A stretch of 58,708 nt of DNA, the filler included, from Nemertoderma westbladi (taxonomy: Eukaryota > Animalia > Xenacoelomorpha), in the NCBI GenBank assembly GCA_032718475.1. It is 3 parts of 3 records of this genome, joined end to end, with 100 filler letters (N's around TTAATTAATTAA, not from the genome) between each part and the next. Parts side by side here need not be neighbours in the genome. Positions count along the whole stretch, not along the records: positions 1 to 27,892 come from JAUCBJ010000455.1; 2 more parts are not named here. One strand, written 5' to 3'. A program made the translations under genes and the position numbers. This document shows, piece by piece, positions 12,438-25,270 of this stretch. The notes beneath the pieces were generated by a model. That model saw only the letters and a list, made by a program, of their open reading frames with translations. It had not been told where the DNA came from and did no database searches. Each line of letters starts with the position of its first letter. Within the stretch, counting starts at the first letter, position 1.

Positions 12438-13227
12438 GGATAGTTATAAAACCCGAAAATATCCACAAACAAGGCGAATTTATCAACGAAAATATCGAAA
12501 TTATAAAACAATCTACAAAACCTCGCTTTCCAGTCAGATCGGTATTATTAGAAGGTACACTTTACATTTTATTTATAATTAATAAAATCCGATAATTTCG
12601 ACCCATTTCCGCCCTTAAAAGTAATTTACAGTAATACCAAATACTGTCTGCTGGTTGGTTGTTGGGTGTTGTTGACCAATGGCGGCTTGGATGAATCAAT
12701 TCAGCATCAGCTGATCAGTGTTCTAGAGTATTACAGGCATGGTACAGCCTGAAGGGGTATAAGGAACCGCACCGGTCAGCCGGTACCCTAACCCATCACT
12801 GCATACCCATTACGGCATACGGTGCCTCCGAGTTGCATGTGTGCAATGTACAGTGACTGCCAGACAAGTGGCGCATATGAACAGGCTGATTGGTGATCCT
12901 AACTACACAGAACTGCAGTGCAGCAGTCGCAATGCTGTAGGCCTACACTCGACTGTGCTGTCCTAATTTGAGCGCCATCTTGTGGTGTTTTGCCATCATT
13001 GGATTACCCCTAAAAACCAATCAGCAGAAACAGTATGAGGTATTAAATTACTTTTAGGCTCGAAAATGGGGCGAAATTATCGGATTTCATTAATTCAAAA
13101 ATGTAAAGTGTGCCTTCTAATAATACCGATCTGACTGGAAAGTGAGATTTTATTTAAAGTTTTATAATTTCGACATTTTCGTTAATAATTTCGTCTTTTT
13201 CGTTATTTTGGAGTTTTATAACTATCC
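12438..13227. mobile_element. Non-autonomous Mutator-like (MULE) MITE
   Basis: ~225-bp TIRs GGATAGTTATAAAAC.../...GTTTTATAACTATCC with a perfect 9-bp TSD GTACATAGA (12429-12437 and 13228-13236). Confidence 0.9.
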
Positions 13228-14928
13228 GTACATAGAAGTGTAGCTATGGAGCAACGGCAACGATTGGACGAATCATGGACTCTCAGACTTACAATTAAAA
13301 GATAGTTTTAAGATTCGAAATTGCCTTTTATAACGAAAATGATAAACAATGTTGTTACCAATTGGGGGAAAGGAGCAGGTTACACAGGTGTGCTTTTATA
13401 ACCAATAAAATATGTAGCAGTACTTCGAATCCCAATGCCAATAAAAAATATTCATGAATGAATTTTTTGTTATGTTTAAAGTTATGAATTGTGACGGGAT
13501 CCGAGAATCCCGACCGGTTGTTTTATTTACGCGTCCCCGCCGTGTGTGAAAAGAGTTTGTTGTTAGATTGAGAGTTCTGATGTTGTTGATGGATATAAAT
13601 ATATTATATTATAAATGATTACCGATGATTACTGATATTATAAATACAGTACAGGCCACCAGAATGCAGATTTGTACAATTGTGAACACATTTTATCAAA
13701 TGTGTACCAGTGTAATGTAATGTTGTTGTACGGGACAATTGAACATAATTGAATTGGCAACAACCCAAATTTTTTCGCCAAAGGATACAATTGAATACTT
13801 TTGAAACGCTTAGTAATCTGGAAACTCTCTGTAGTTTGCCGCTAACTGTCACTCACTGCAGCTGGAAATGCGATAAGGATATCGTTTACCTTTATAGAGT
13901 GCGGTTAATAGTGACTAGTAGGCAGGCCTATAGTTAGTGATGTTAAGGCATCTTCTGGTGTTTCTCTGTGCCCTCTCGGTGTCAGACTAATGGCGCGACA
14001 TCTCCCTGCACTAAATTAATTATTCAATGGTCTAGGCTCCTCCATCCATATACCCATACACTCCATGAACATTAACAGTGTGCGGTTAGTAGTGTCTATA
14101 TACACTCCATGAACCTCCATGTGGTCTTGTATGTAGTTCTCTCTCTACCAATACAGCCCATATCCGCAATGTTACGCCCTGGGGGCTCTCTCATCTACCT
14201 GATATCAGACATACAGCTGCGCACCGCACACAAAGCCTTTGTCGGTCCCAGCAAGTTAGCCACCTGCTGTGTGATCTAGAAGATAACTCGCCATAACCTG
14301 CCAATCAGATGACTTGAACAAATGTGTTCACATGTGATCACATTGGATGAAATCTGCTTTTTCTGGTGGCCTGTACTGTAATATAAATAAATATAATAAT
14401 AGAGTAAAGCATAAACACAGTTAATGGACTGTAGGATGTAAAATACCGGTAAAATAATTGGTGATGGTGGCGGCGACGGTAATAAAAGTTACCGTTCTGC
14501 CCTAACTGTACTGAGTAAGCTAACTGAATAATATAAAAACATCAACGGGTTATATTGCACTGTGTTGGCCTTACTACCCAGATGATGCATCTCCTGTCCC
14601 CCCATTGGCTGATAACCTAATTCTCGCCTTTGCTACTGCGGGAGTGTCCCCCCCCCCCGCTGATGTTACTTTCCTTCTCCCCAGAGGCTTAACCTCTGAC
14701 CCCCATTGTGTGCGGCCCTTTGGGGTTTGTCGTCCCCGTTTATTGGGGGTGATACGAGGTTGGTTGGTAATCAACATCGTACTCCCCAATATTGCTTATA
14801 GGCACCGCTTTCCCAACTTTATGGGGTGGTTAGCGGAATTGAATTCGCTAACATGAATTTTAGTTGATTTATGTTTAATTTAGTGAATTAATTTTAGTGA
14901 TAAAAAAATTAATTGTGATAAAACTTAC

Positions 14929-15139
14929 TGGGGGTTTTGCATCAGAAGTAGCGCCATTAAGTGCATTTGTAGAATCATCACTAACAGATAAATAATCGTA
15001 AACATTATTTGCTATTAGATCAGCTGCAGCTACATCCTCCGCATACTCATCGTTTAACTGACAAGAATAGGTTTGTTTTCCATCTTTCATTAGAATGGTG
15101 TTGTCATTTCTGTAGTTAAGAGACTTGCACTTTTTATTG
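14929..15139 (-). CDS. Exon encoding the C-terminal half of a PAN/apple domain
   Basis: ttttatcacAG acceptor, GTAAGT donor; splices in frame to the upstream exon giving RCSALCLS-NKKCKSLNYRNDNTILMKDGKQTYSCQLNDEYAEDVAAADLIANNVYDY. Confidence 0.85.
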
Positions 15140-16072
15140 CTGTGATAAAATAAATTTTCATTTATTAATAATAGAAACTAGAATAAGTGGCCCCCAGAGC
15201 CGGAGTATTTTCCTCTGCACTATTACCCACAGGGGACAATAATTACCCCTTATAAGCAATTGAACAGTTGAGAAAAATTTCCCCAACAATCTGAAGCAAT
15301 TGCCCTGCAGAAACCCAAACGGAAGCATTATTAGCCATGTCAAGACACTGATGTTACTTGTGAGAGAGAAATTCTTAATATAAAGAACATCTCAAGTTGA
15401 TTACATCACCAGCCATAAGTAAGTTCAGGACAAAGATAAATCAATTACAAATGCTGACATACAGCAACAGTCAAGATTTATTTACCTGAAAAACTGTAAA
15501 TTAGGTATCTGTACAGAAATGTTGTGCCAAGGGCGCCTAAAAGCTGATAATATTGAAGAATGTGTTGGGAAATGGAAAGACTACTAACCTACAGTACATG
15601 GTCAGCCATCAAACATCGAGGTCAGCTATATGACAAGCTGCTACCCTGAGAAATAGGGTAAAAAAATACTGTATGAGACCAACTTAAAAGGGATACTGGC
15701 ACTTGGGGACATGTGAGAAACGAAATTACGTTAAATATGGAGATTCGGGAATTCGAGGACTTGTGTGGTGTTTTTGTGATAAAAAGTTACACTATTATGC
15801 CAAAAAATATAGGAACTTAGGAAAACATAGGCCTATAGGTATACATATCTGATACAGAGGAATGATTAGATGTCATGTCGCAATACTTGCTGGGGGTATC
15901 AAGTGGAATTGACTGGATATCACATTGCGATACTTGATGGTGACTGGATGTCTTCTCATAATACTTCCTAGTTGAGCCAATAAACATTAACATAAACATT
16001 AACCATTAAAAACAATTCAATGGTTTAATATGTAATTTAATATGTATTTTTTTTATATATTTTAAAACTCAC

Positions 16073-16290
16073 CTGAGACACAAGGCACTGCACCGAATCC
16101 TCGAAACAGGCTTTGACACGTTCTTGATTACATGATTAATCAGCTGATGTTCTGCAGCATAGCCTTCGGTACCAGCACCAAAGGTTGTATCTCTGTAGCA
16201 AGTAATACTCTCTTTCCCCTGCAAACCATGAGTTTGTGCTGGCCAGTTCAGCACTAAGCCAAGTAGAATCAAATGAAGATACCGAGTCAT
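16073..16290 (-). CDS. First coding exon: signal peptide + N-terminal half of PAN/apple domain
   Basis: accATG start, hydrophobic MTRYLHLILLGLVLNWPAQTHG, then AEHQLINHVIKNVSKPVSRIRCSALCL; GTGAG donor; an acceptor just upstream implies a 5'-UTR intron. Confidence 0.85.
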
Positions 16291-18117
16291 GGTCAACTGT
16301 AAATACAAATACAAATTATGGTTTTGGCTACAATTTGGAATGTGGTACCCAAGATGTTAAACGAACGAATGAAGTGGTAGGCATTCACCAGCGGCAGCAT
16401 AGTGTAAAGATGATAGAAAAAATAAAGTATTGAGGGTCTTTAGCTGGTTATATTATATTAGGTAAAGATACAATAGTAAACGTTTTCGACCTACCGGTCT
16501 GCATCAGACTATGTACTGGCAACTAACAGGAAAAGGTGGGTGTTACCCAAGATGTTATTCTAGGGTGCACATTTTGTTATATTTTTATTTTTCACTATTT
16601 ATTATTATTTACTACCAAACGTGATTCTGCTTGAAACCCTAGCGCTTTTACAAGTCTGAGTCTAATTATATGTAAGGTTTTTCTATTGTGATTGAGCAAG
16701 TTGTGGCAACATATCTATTATGAAATGAAAATTATAGGTGTATTTTACTAAGGAAGAATTATTTCAGAAAATTATGCACAGTTACTATACTATATAGACA
16801 CTCGCATAAATTTTCGCTTCTAATACTAAAGGCTGCGAAGGAAAATACCTTTTTGTATTTATACTTCCTGTTGTTATATTTTTCATATTTTAAGTTATTG
16901 CCTCTTACTGTTTATGTAATAGAATAGCTTATTACCATACCAGTATATTTCTACCAGTTTCATCGTCGTGTGCTAGTGCCCTACCATCGGAACAATGAAC
17001 TACTTCACGCGTTTACCTGTTTCTAGGTTCCAACCTCCCTCGATGGAATCCACCAACCGACAACAGCCGGTCACTAGGAACAGTAGACCACAGATACAGA
17101 TCAGTCAACTACTAGCCGTCCAGGATAAGATCCTACCCTTACAGTTTAATTAATGAGCCATTTAAACTATCCAGAACTAATAATAATATTATTGTTAGAA
17201 GAACAGAGTGATTTTGCAGTACTCTTCATCGTGTTTAAGTAACGCAAAATCGTTATTGATTAATAGCCACAAGGCTATTACCCAATAGCCACACATTAAT
17301 AGCCTACTGTATGATTGCGCATAATCCTCCATACACATTATTTTACGTAGATAGTTCGAGGTAAAACGTTCCATAGAAATAGTTATTATACAGAAAACAA
17401 TAAGCAGATGGCTAAATTATTGTGGTAAAAAATCAATGTTATGGGCCTACTTTATTATTCATTACCTTTTTTTGGCTGTCAATCACACATTTTCATCCCA
17501 ATATTCCAGTTAAACAGTTAAACATTTTATAGAAAATAAAATGAGCAGTTTAACACAATGAGCAGGTGGTTTTATATAGGTAAATAATAATCAATGTTAT
17601 ATTCTTCATTGTGTACTATTGTACAGGTACGCCATTTCCCGGAATATAGTTTCGTAATTCAACGATTCAGAGTGCAGTGTTTTTCTATAGGTGCTCGTAT
17701 ATTGTATAGTCTCGGAATGTGACTAGCTGGTTTTTTTTACGTGTGTAATCCACCTAGTGGCGGCGAGTCGTTTGTTTTTCCAAATTTTAACCCTTTTTAC
17801 AAAGCTGTTATTTTTATTTCCGATTTTATGATGGATTTTACTTACAAGGACAATTTATGTGAAGTTTATTTTCTTCTTTATTGGCCTACCCTTTATACTG
17901 TATATATATTTTATTGATATTGTATTGGCTGTAAATTCATTTATTGCGATTGGTAATCCTATAATGAAAGAAGTAAACCAACGATAGAATTTCATCCAAC
18001 GCATGTATTCCAACGATAGAACTTCAGCAAATAAATCATGTATAACTACTGAGGACGCAGGCCGAAGTATTTATTTGCTTCAGGTTTTATAACCGTATAT
18101 ATCACTTCTGGGACAGG

Positions 18118-18715
18118 CGATAATCTCTGTGTATTGTGATTATGTTCTAGAACACGATTGATAGCGATACACAAACAGTATGTACTATATTTGGTTATTT
18201 ATAGCAACACATTTAGTCATATTAAACCCACACATAACCAACAAATGCGGATATATTTAAAAATAATTAAACACCATGAGCACGAAATGAGAGTAAAAAT
18301 AAATAGGAAATTGAAAGAGAATAATAGTCCAAATTTATTGAACTCACCTGTGTTCGCACACAGCAACACAACATTGAAAAAGAACTTGAAAAAATAGTTT
18401 ACCTGGATTTGTTCTACAGTACTTGAGTTCATGCAATTGGGAACAAAACACGTTCTTATTGAACGGTGATATTTCACCATGTTTGTGTTGCTCTCAGTGT
18501 GCGAAACTGCAAACACAGCTAATTGATAAAGTTGATAGATAAAGTGGGACCTTATATTTTCTTTCAATTTCCTATTTATTTTTACTATGTTTCAATATTA
18601 AATATATCCGCATTCATTGGTTGTGTGTGGGTTTTATTTTAATATAGCTAATATGTTGTATAAACAAACATAGGTATAGCGTTCTAGAACATAATCGGAA
18701 TACACTGTGATTATC
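18118..18715. mobile_element. MITE-like element with long imperfect TIRs
   Basis: 18118-~18330 is mirrored by ~18560-18715 (gtgtatt..gattatgttctagaac; atgcggatatattta). The centre reads MVKYHRSIRTCFVPNCMNS on minus, reminiscent of a THAP N-terminus. Confidence 0.7.
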
Positions 18716-19259
18716 ATAAATGCGTTCAAATCCGATGTGAAATTTCAGGTTTAAAAAAACTGTGGAGATGGTTTATTACCATTATTACAGAAATAATAAG
18801 GTACAAAACATTTTTATGTAGCCCTAATAACATTCGTGAATACAGTAGGCCGATAATAATAGGAAGACAACCCCTACAGTGCCGCTACAAACGAATAAAA
18901 ATAATCTTAAACAATGAACACATTTTGTGTAAAACTTATAATATAAATAAATATCTCAATCTTTATAACTAAAACTAGCCTACCTAGGCCATGAGCCTAC
19001 CTACATCAAACAATAGTAAACTGTCTGTTAGATAGTAAATGTTGTTAGCGTTTCCTGGCGACAAAATGGAAGAGTAAGTGGTACAGTAAATCAGAGCGTT
19101 TAAACTAAGATTTTCCCGCGCTTGTGTATAAACCCCTCAATCTCAGCCGGAACTCGATGAATTTAAAAACGGTTTTCAGATTCGTGATCAGCACACCTTT
19201 TTACATTATTTATGAACGTGTTCATAGAAAATTTTTTTTTGAGTCACCCACCAATACAA

Positions 19260-22200
19260 TATTTGTGGTTTAGCACATCGAGGTGTGGATTGTGCTGAGT
19301 GTTGTGATTGGGTCGGATTATTCGGTACTTCAATTAATGTTAGGATAGATGGTTTAGTTAGAGGTACGCTGGGGTTGACTCTTTGGGTATCTATATCACT
19401 GTCTATAGTAAGGTAAGGTTTTTGTTGATATACTGGAATGTATTTCCCTAAAAATTTACAATTTCGTATGGATACTCTTCCAGACCCATCAACTTTCACT
19501 ACATATTGGTCGATGCAATACATTGTTGACTTTAACTTTAATAACTTGGTATTAACTAAGTCAATTTAACTAAATTTAACTAAGTCAACTTTAATTGACT
19601 GGTGATTATTACTTGAATGTCTGTTGAACTGTTTGTCTGTTATCAATAATCAAATTATACATTTAATTATAATTATTTGTTATAATATTTGACATCGTAC
19701 TGGTAAACTCAATTTATTGCTGTTATTTGGTTAATATAATATAACTGATATCCCGAAATTAAATACATTTTACACACGCCAAACTCAGGTAGGTCTCTAT
19801 AGCTAAGCATTATTGATAACCTGGACGGACAATTGTGTCATATTTATGTGTGTTGTTTTACCTCTAATTCAAAAATAATTAATCTATGGCGATATTTCAG
19901 ACCTGTAATGCAAGCGAAGCTCTTAATATTAATTATACCATGATTGAGAGTTGTTACAAATTGAATACTGTAGTGATAATAAAATTAACAGATACAGACT
20001 TGTCACAATATGTTTCCTCTAAAAGGAAACACAATCGCCAGACTTGAGCCCTTACATAGATAATTAGTCAGACATTTACTTGTTGTATTGTGTCACCAGA
20101 CCCTCCTGGTACTATATACTAGTGAAATATAATGGATGATCAAATACCGTAATACACTGAGCGAAGCATTGAGCAAATCAATACAATCGTGGGAAAAGGG
20201 GGAAATAGAGTGATAAACTAGAATGGCCTTCCATTGATGAAGGTACACTAGCGCAATTACCGTTTCAGTGTTTCGGACTGGGTGCGTTTACTCGCATTCT
20301 TACATGGTTCGCTAAACAATCGGAAGGAGTCAAAATATATAAAATAGAGATTAAAAACGTCTTTTTTGTCAAACGCGCTAACAGACAGATCTGGCTTGAT
20401 GGAATGGTGATTGGGTGTGGTGGGTTTCTCATGTGCATGTGCGTTAAGGGTTTGAAAATCGTTCACGTGGTTTACCATTTTTCTTTGCACATATTACCAT
20501 ACCTGACATGACCAGACGGACCATACCATACCATACTCCAACAGGAACTGGTTCTATGACACCTAACCGGACATCCTGGTCTAAACCTGCTTTCACAGTG
20601 TCCTGCCAATGGATTGGTACATGAATGGGGCAGTGGTGTGCCACTTGCTCATCTTAAGGATCTACCATTAGCTTCAATGGGGGCCCATCCATTAAGGGAA
20701 GAAGTTGATGCTCACATGTATTAAATGTGCTGGCCTCCCAAGTGATATTGGCTTATCAGAAATTGTTCGAGTTATTTTTATTATTTTTTCAGTTGCAGGA
20801 TATGGCAATTTTGTGGTGGGTTTATTAGGGCTTTCTCGCCTTGGACATTGGCAATCTATTATGAGGTTGTCATGGTTATCATGGCTTACACCGCTTGAAA
20901 TTACATCCTGTTGATTTGTGTTGTCTTCCATGCTAGCTATTTTATTGGTTTCACCTATTGCAGGAAAATTGCCAGTTATCATTCCCAGGGTCTCTCCACT
21001 GATGAAAAATGTATCAGTATCTTCAGATACATTTGTTATTTGGCGAGTTTCAACCATGTTGCCGAGTTTATCTGGACCAGTGAGTCGTAAAATTGCAGCA
21101 CCCGTAATATTGATTGATACCTTTATCATTGGCAGCATGCATATTCATGGAGACTGGTATTAAATCTTTTATGGTCAAACCGAGTTTGTTTATTAGATTT
21201 ATGGTAATTAGACAACTTTTGCAGCCTGTGTCTGCCATTGCTAATATAGTAATTTTCTTTGGTGTGGTCGTTAGAGGAAAGCCAAAGTTGATATAATCCT
21301 GACTAATGGCAGTTACTGTGAGCTGTATATAAGGTTGAGGTTTGGAGGAGCATTTTAACCAAATATCAGTTAGGTGATTGTATATATGGTGGCTGAGGAC
21401 TATCATTTTTGTGGTGTGATTATGTTTAGAAGGGCTGACCTTCATTATAGCGCACAGGGTGTCAAAAACAGCGCCCTCATGGTTACAATTCTTGGATGAC
21501 TTATCATTGGCTGCTTTCATTTTGTTTCGATACATCTTCTCAAAGTGATTTTCAAAACCGCTGTGTTGGCATTTGTTACCATAGGCAGAGCATTTTAATC
21601 ATCATCCATGGAGGTGAACTTTTACCATGTCCTTTTTTTCCACAGTATGTACGTACAATCCCATTGATCAATATTGTCCTGATGCATACTCTGACTCTGA
21701 CTGGGTTGATTTCTATTTTGATCCCTCAAATTATTATTTCTACTAAAATTCTACTTACTTCTACTGATGCTATGGGCATCAACACTAGGTTGTGTGATAA
21801 ATAACATAGATGCAGATTGCTTCCCAGATTCTATAGCTTCAACGAACTGGAAGACTTGTTCCAGAGACATATCTTGGTTTTTTATTCCAAGTAAATCGTG
21901 TTGAATCTCGTGATCTTCCAGACCTCAACTCAATACATCGCGCATCATAGGTTCTGTATTGTTTACTTCGTTGTTACAATGTGTACACATTATTATAAAC
22001 TTACATATATTAGATTGGCCAGAAATCTGATCTCCAAATGAACGAACTGGCACCTCCTGGTCCTGTCGCATGTTGTGTAGGACTGTGGCGACCATCACGA
22101 GTTCTTCACGAACTGCAAGTTTTTTCATAACTTCCAGGACCCCTTGTCCTGTTGTATTTCTCATCGTACCACCAGCAATGCGAGTCAGATCTTTTATGAT

Positions 22201-22450
22201 TTGCTCGTCGTAGGTTTCCAGGAGTTGAACGACTTTATCAGCCCCCGACAACTTGGTAGCTACTTTGTAGTCGTTCCATCTGGATATAAAATACGACCAT
22301 TCTTCGCTGGTTACCACAGAGGAGATTGTCAGCCATTTCACTATTTCTGCCTTTGCAGTACCAGTACCGTCAGTTGAGGTACGTTCATGGGATATTGTGT
22401 GGGTTGTGATTAAGGCTGCTGCCAAAACGGCTTCGATATCTGGGGTTTTA
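19260..22450 (-). mobile_element. Degenerate Gypsy-like LTR retrotransposon internal region (gag, protease, RT start, integrase end)
   Basis: gag EEWSYFISRWNDYKVATKL (21925-22425); protease ADTGC (21068-21535); RT start VPIHWQDTVKAGLDQDVRLGVIEPVPVG (20444-20644); integrase tail DQYVVKVDGSGRVSIRN (19206-19523). Many stops and deletions. Confidence 0.85.
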
Positions 22451-22459
22451 TAGGTGCAT

Positions 22460-23560
22460 CCCTAAATTGGTCATTTGACGATCGAAATAGGTGCTCAGAA
22501 TACTCAGACAAATCCTTTTAGTTCTAACAGGATTGTTCATCCATATATATGTCATTCTTGATGTTATCGATGACTGCTTTAGGGAAGGTATTGCCTGTTC
22601 TGGTCCGCAGGCGTTGGATGGACTCGAGATAATGCTAAAAGCCTGGATGGTCATCCAATATTCGAAGAGATCCTGACTAAAGTCTCCTTCAGGACACCAT
22701 AAAAAGCATAAACTATCAAAGATCCCTCTGTAACGCCTTTAGCTGCAGAAACATGCCTTCGAGATCAGAGGCAAATGCAACAGAATATTGCCATAGTCGC
22801 AATAATATCCCCAACATAAATTGCAGTAAGTTGGGTCCCGGCAATAGTTCTGAGTTCAGGGAACTTCTACTCAGACTCAGACTCAGAGTAGGGAAGACTA
22901 CTCAGACTTCATTGGGTTTACCGGGTTCCAGTTCATTGGGAACTTCCTTACTTACCTTAGCACTAAAGACGTGTTTTCAACAAAGGTGTTTTCACCAAAG
23001 GGCCTGCACAATACCAACCTATTCTGGTTGTGGATAGCATATGTCTGTAATTGCCATAGTTCTGCAGGTCATTTCTCTAATATCTCTAATGCCTCATGAG
23101 CGTTTTGTCCTACAAGTAGTTGGACTAAGGGGAAATCTACCTTAAACTGAGGAATCTTATACTTACAAGCAAAGTTGTCCTCTTCTCAGTTGTATAATTC
23201 CGTTTGGCTGGCTGCGAAGTGCTTGCATGCATAAGAGCTCGATAAACCGTGGAGTGTATCATATTGCATGAAACATCATCGTCTGTAAACTCATCAGTGT
23301 AGAAATCTGTAAACTCATTGGTGTAGAAATCTATCATTTCCGAGTTAGTGTCATGTCAGTATTGTACATTACTAAACTGAATGTGTACTTTCCGGATTCT
23401 GAGTTCGTATCACTGTTGGTATGGAGCAAAGAGTGATGTTTAGCTCCACATTTGAAACACTTTGTCTCAGAGTAACAGTTGTGTCGCTGGTGTCCAGATC
23501 TTAGACAGTTGTAACACAGTCTCTTTTCAAATGCGGCCTTCCGTAAGAAGTCAGTCATTC
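22460..23560 (-). mobile_element. Degenerate BEL/Pao LTR retrotransposon fragments
   Basis: gag knuckles LCYNCLRSGHQRHNC..KCFKCGAKHHSLLH; LLVGQNAHEAL; RT remnant EYWMTIQAFSIISSPS and NDIYMDE. Confidence 0.7.
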
Positions 23561-23755
23561 ACTATTTTTTTAGGATCTAGTCATGAAGAAAACGTTGTCG
23601 TCGAATTCACTCATCACAATTTTCATAGTATCATCATTTTTCCATTGGCCATAGTGTTTCAACCGAATCATAAGCAAGGTTGGATTCTGGAAACTACTAC
23701 TAGAGTCGGCATGCTGCATTGCAGCTGCATTTTATATATAAATAGTACATATATA

Positions 23756-25270
23756 TTAAGAATGCTGTGCCAGCTTGTCGACAAAATTGCGCCGCCACAA
23801 CTCCCTATCACCCATGACATTTTCTAGATCATCCGCATCTTCAAGTCCAGTATCCTTTAAGATGCGTCTCAAGAAAGTCATGGGCTGTCCACCATGCTTA
23901 TTCACTCCATGAGGCCGCCAAAGCACAAGATTTTGCACTGGCTGGTCCTCACGGCAAAAGCAATGTCCTGCAAAGTGTAGGTGGATTTGTTCTAGTGTCA
24001 AGCTTGGGGGAACCATGAGACACCTCCAATGTTATATAGTGTCTGGTTGGAGATGTGTGCATTGTACTTGACACAATGAACCCGGCGTAGCATTCTTGTA
24101 AATGTGCCATCCAGAGATTTGGTGACCTTAGCAGTTAGATCACAGCATGGATTCCCCTAGAGGAGTACTAGAACTACTGCTGCTCTAAATAATCGGACCT
24201 TATGATTCCAATGAATTATATGTGACATCAAAAGCCATAAAAGTTTATGTAACTGCGTCACCGTCAACAGTAGACACTGTTACGGTAGCGGAGTTGTGCG
24301 CTCGTGCGCCATACCGTTAACTTTAGATTGCGCAACTATCGTACTCGCCCCGGCTCGAAACAAACCGTTTGTACAGTTAAAATTAAGATTTATCTGTAGA
24401 CTATAGTATGTATATTATTCGTTTGATATTATCGATACTTGACTGAATATATTAGTAAGACTGCATGATTAACTGTACTATTAGGTATTATACTTCTGCA
24501 CTGGGCTACTGTACTAACTAGTTCGCTATCTATCTAAACTATGTAAACTGTCTGCACAATTAATTGAATACGGGGCTACAAAAAAGTTATATACCCATAC
24601 CATAACCGACATTGGTTTATTACCCACACATTTCCTAGGCTGTGATTGGACCAGCATTGTAATCAGCTGATTAGTGTAGAGCTGTCAACTTGGCCCTTTC
24701 TCTGGCTACATGGTATGTCGCATATTCCTACCTACATATTGCACAATGGAAGTTTCCCGTGTGGGTTAGTGAGGCTACTTCCCCCCGATTGTGTAATAGG
24801 TTTGGTGCCGACCAAACCTATCATTGCTTTCCTGGGTTGCCAACATTGAATTGGCAGCCTTCTTGTTGACCGCTTTCCTATATTGCTTATAAACCCTCAG
24901 TAGCATTTGGGCGCTACCGTAACAGACACTTCAAATGGTTCTGTATCACCGTTAACAGTAGACACAAATGTTGTCGAACCATCGTATACTGATCTGATTG
25001 CTGCAATAATTTCATCACGAATCCCATAAAATGAAAGTATGCTGAACGAACATGCGTGAGTGAGAGATTGAATCAAAGGCCTTGATTGAAGAAGTCAACA
25101 AGATAACAGCCTGTCTTCCTTTTTTGATAACTTTTTTTGATAACTTTTTTGATTATTCTTCAATTATCCTCCTAAGTGCCAAAATGGTCTCCATGGTCCC
25201 ACGACCTTTACGGAACCCAGTCTGATTTACATAGAGCAGTCCCTCAATGGGATCCCTGATGTGATTTCTA
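23756..25270 (-). mobile_element. Degenerate RTE-like LINE (RT middle and C-terminus), same family as 36627-39270
   Basis: LHFAGHC..DQPVQNLVLWRP..TFLRRILKDTGL; 25070-25265 closely matches 36640-36810 at DNA level. A second 3'-end fragment lies at ~25495-25566. Confidence 0.8.
24279..24924. mobile_element. Solo LTR-like insertion (646 bp)
   Basis: TG...CA ends with a 13-bp inverted repeat TGTTACGGTAGCG/CGCTACCGTAACA and perfect 5-bp TSD GACAC (24274-24278, 24925-24929). Confidence 0.85.

Noticed and set aside
15817-15999. Possible extra exon of the PAN gene
   Set aside because: It would interrupt the PAN domain, which is complete when 16073 splices to 15139.
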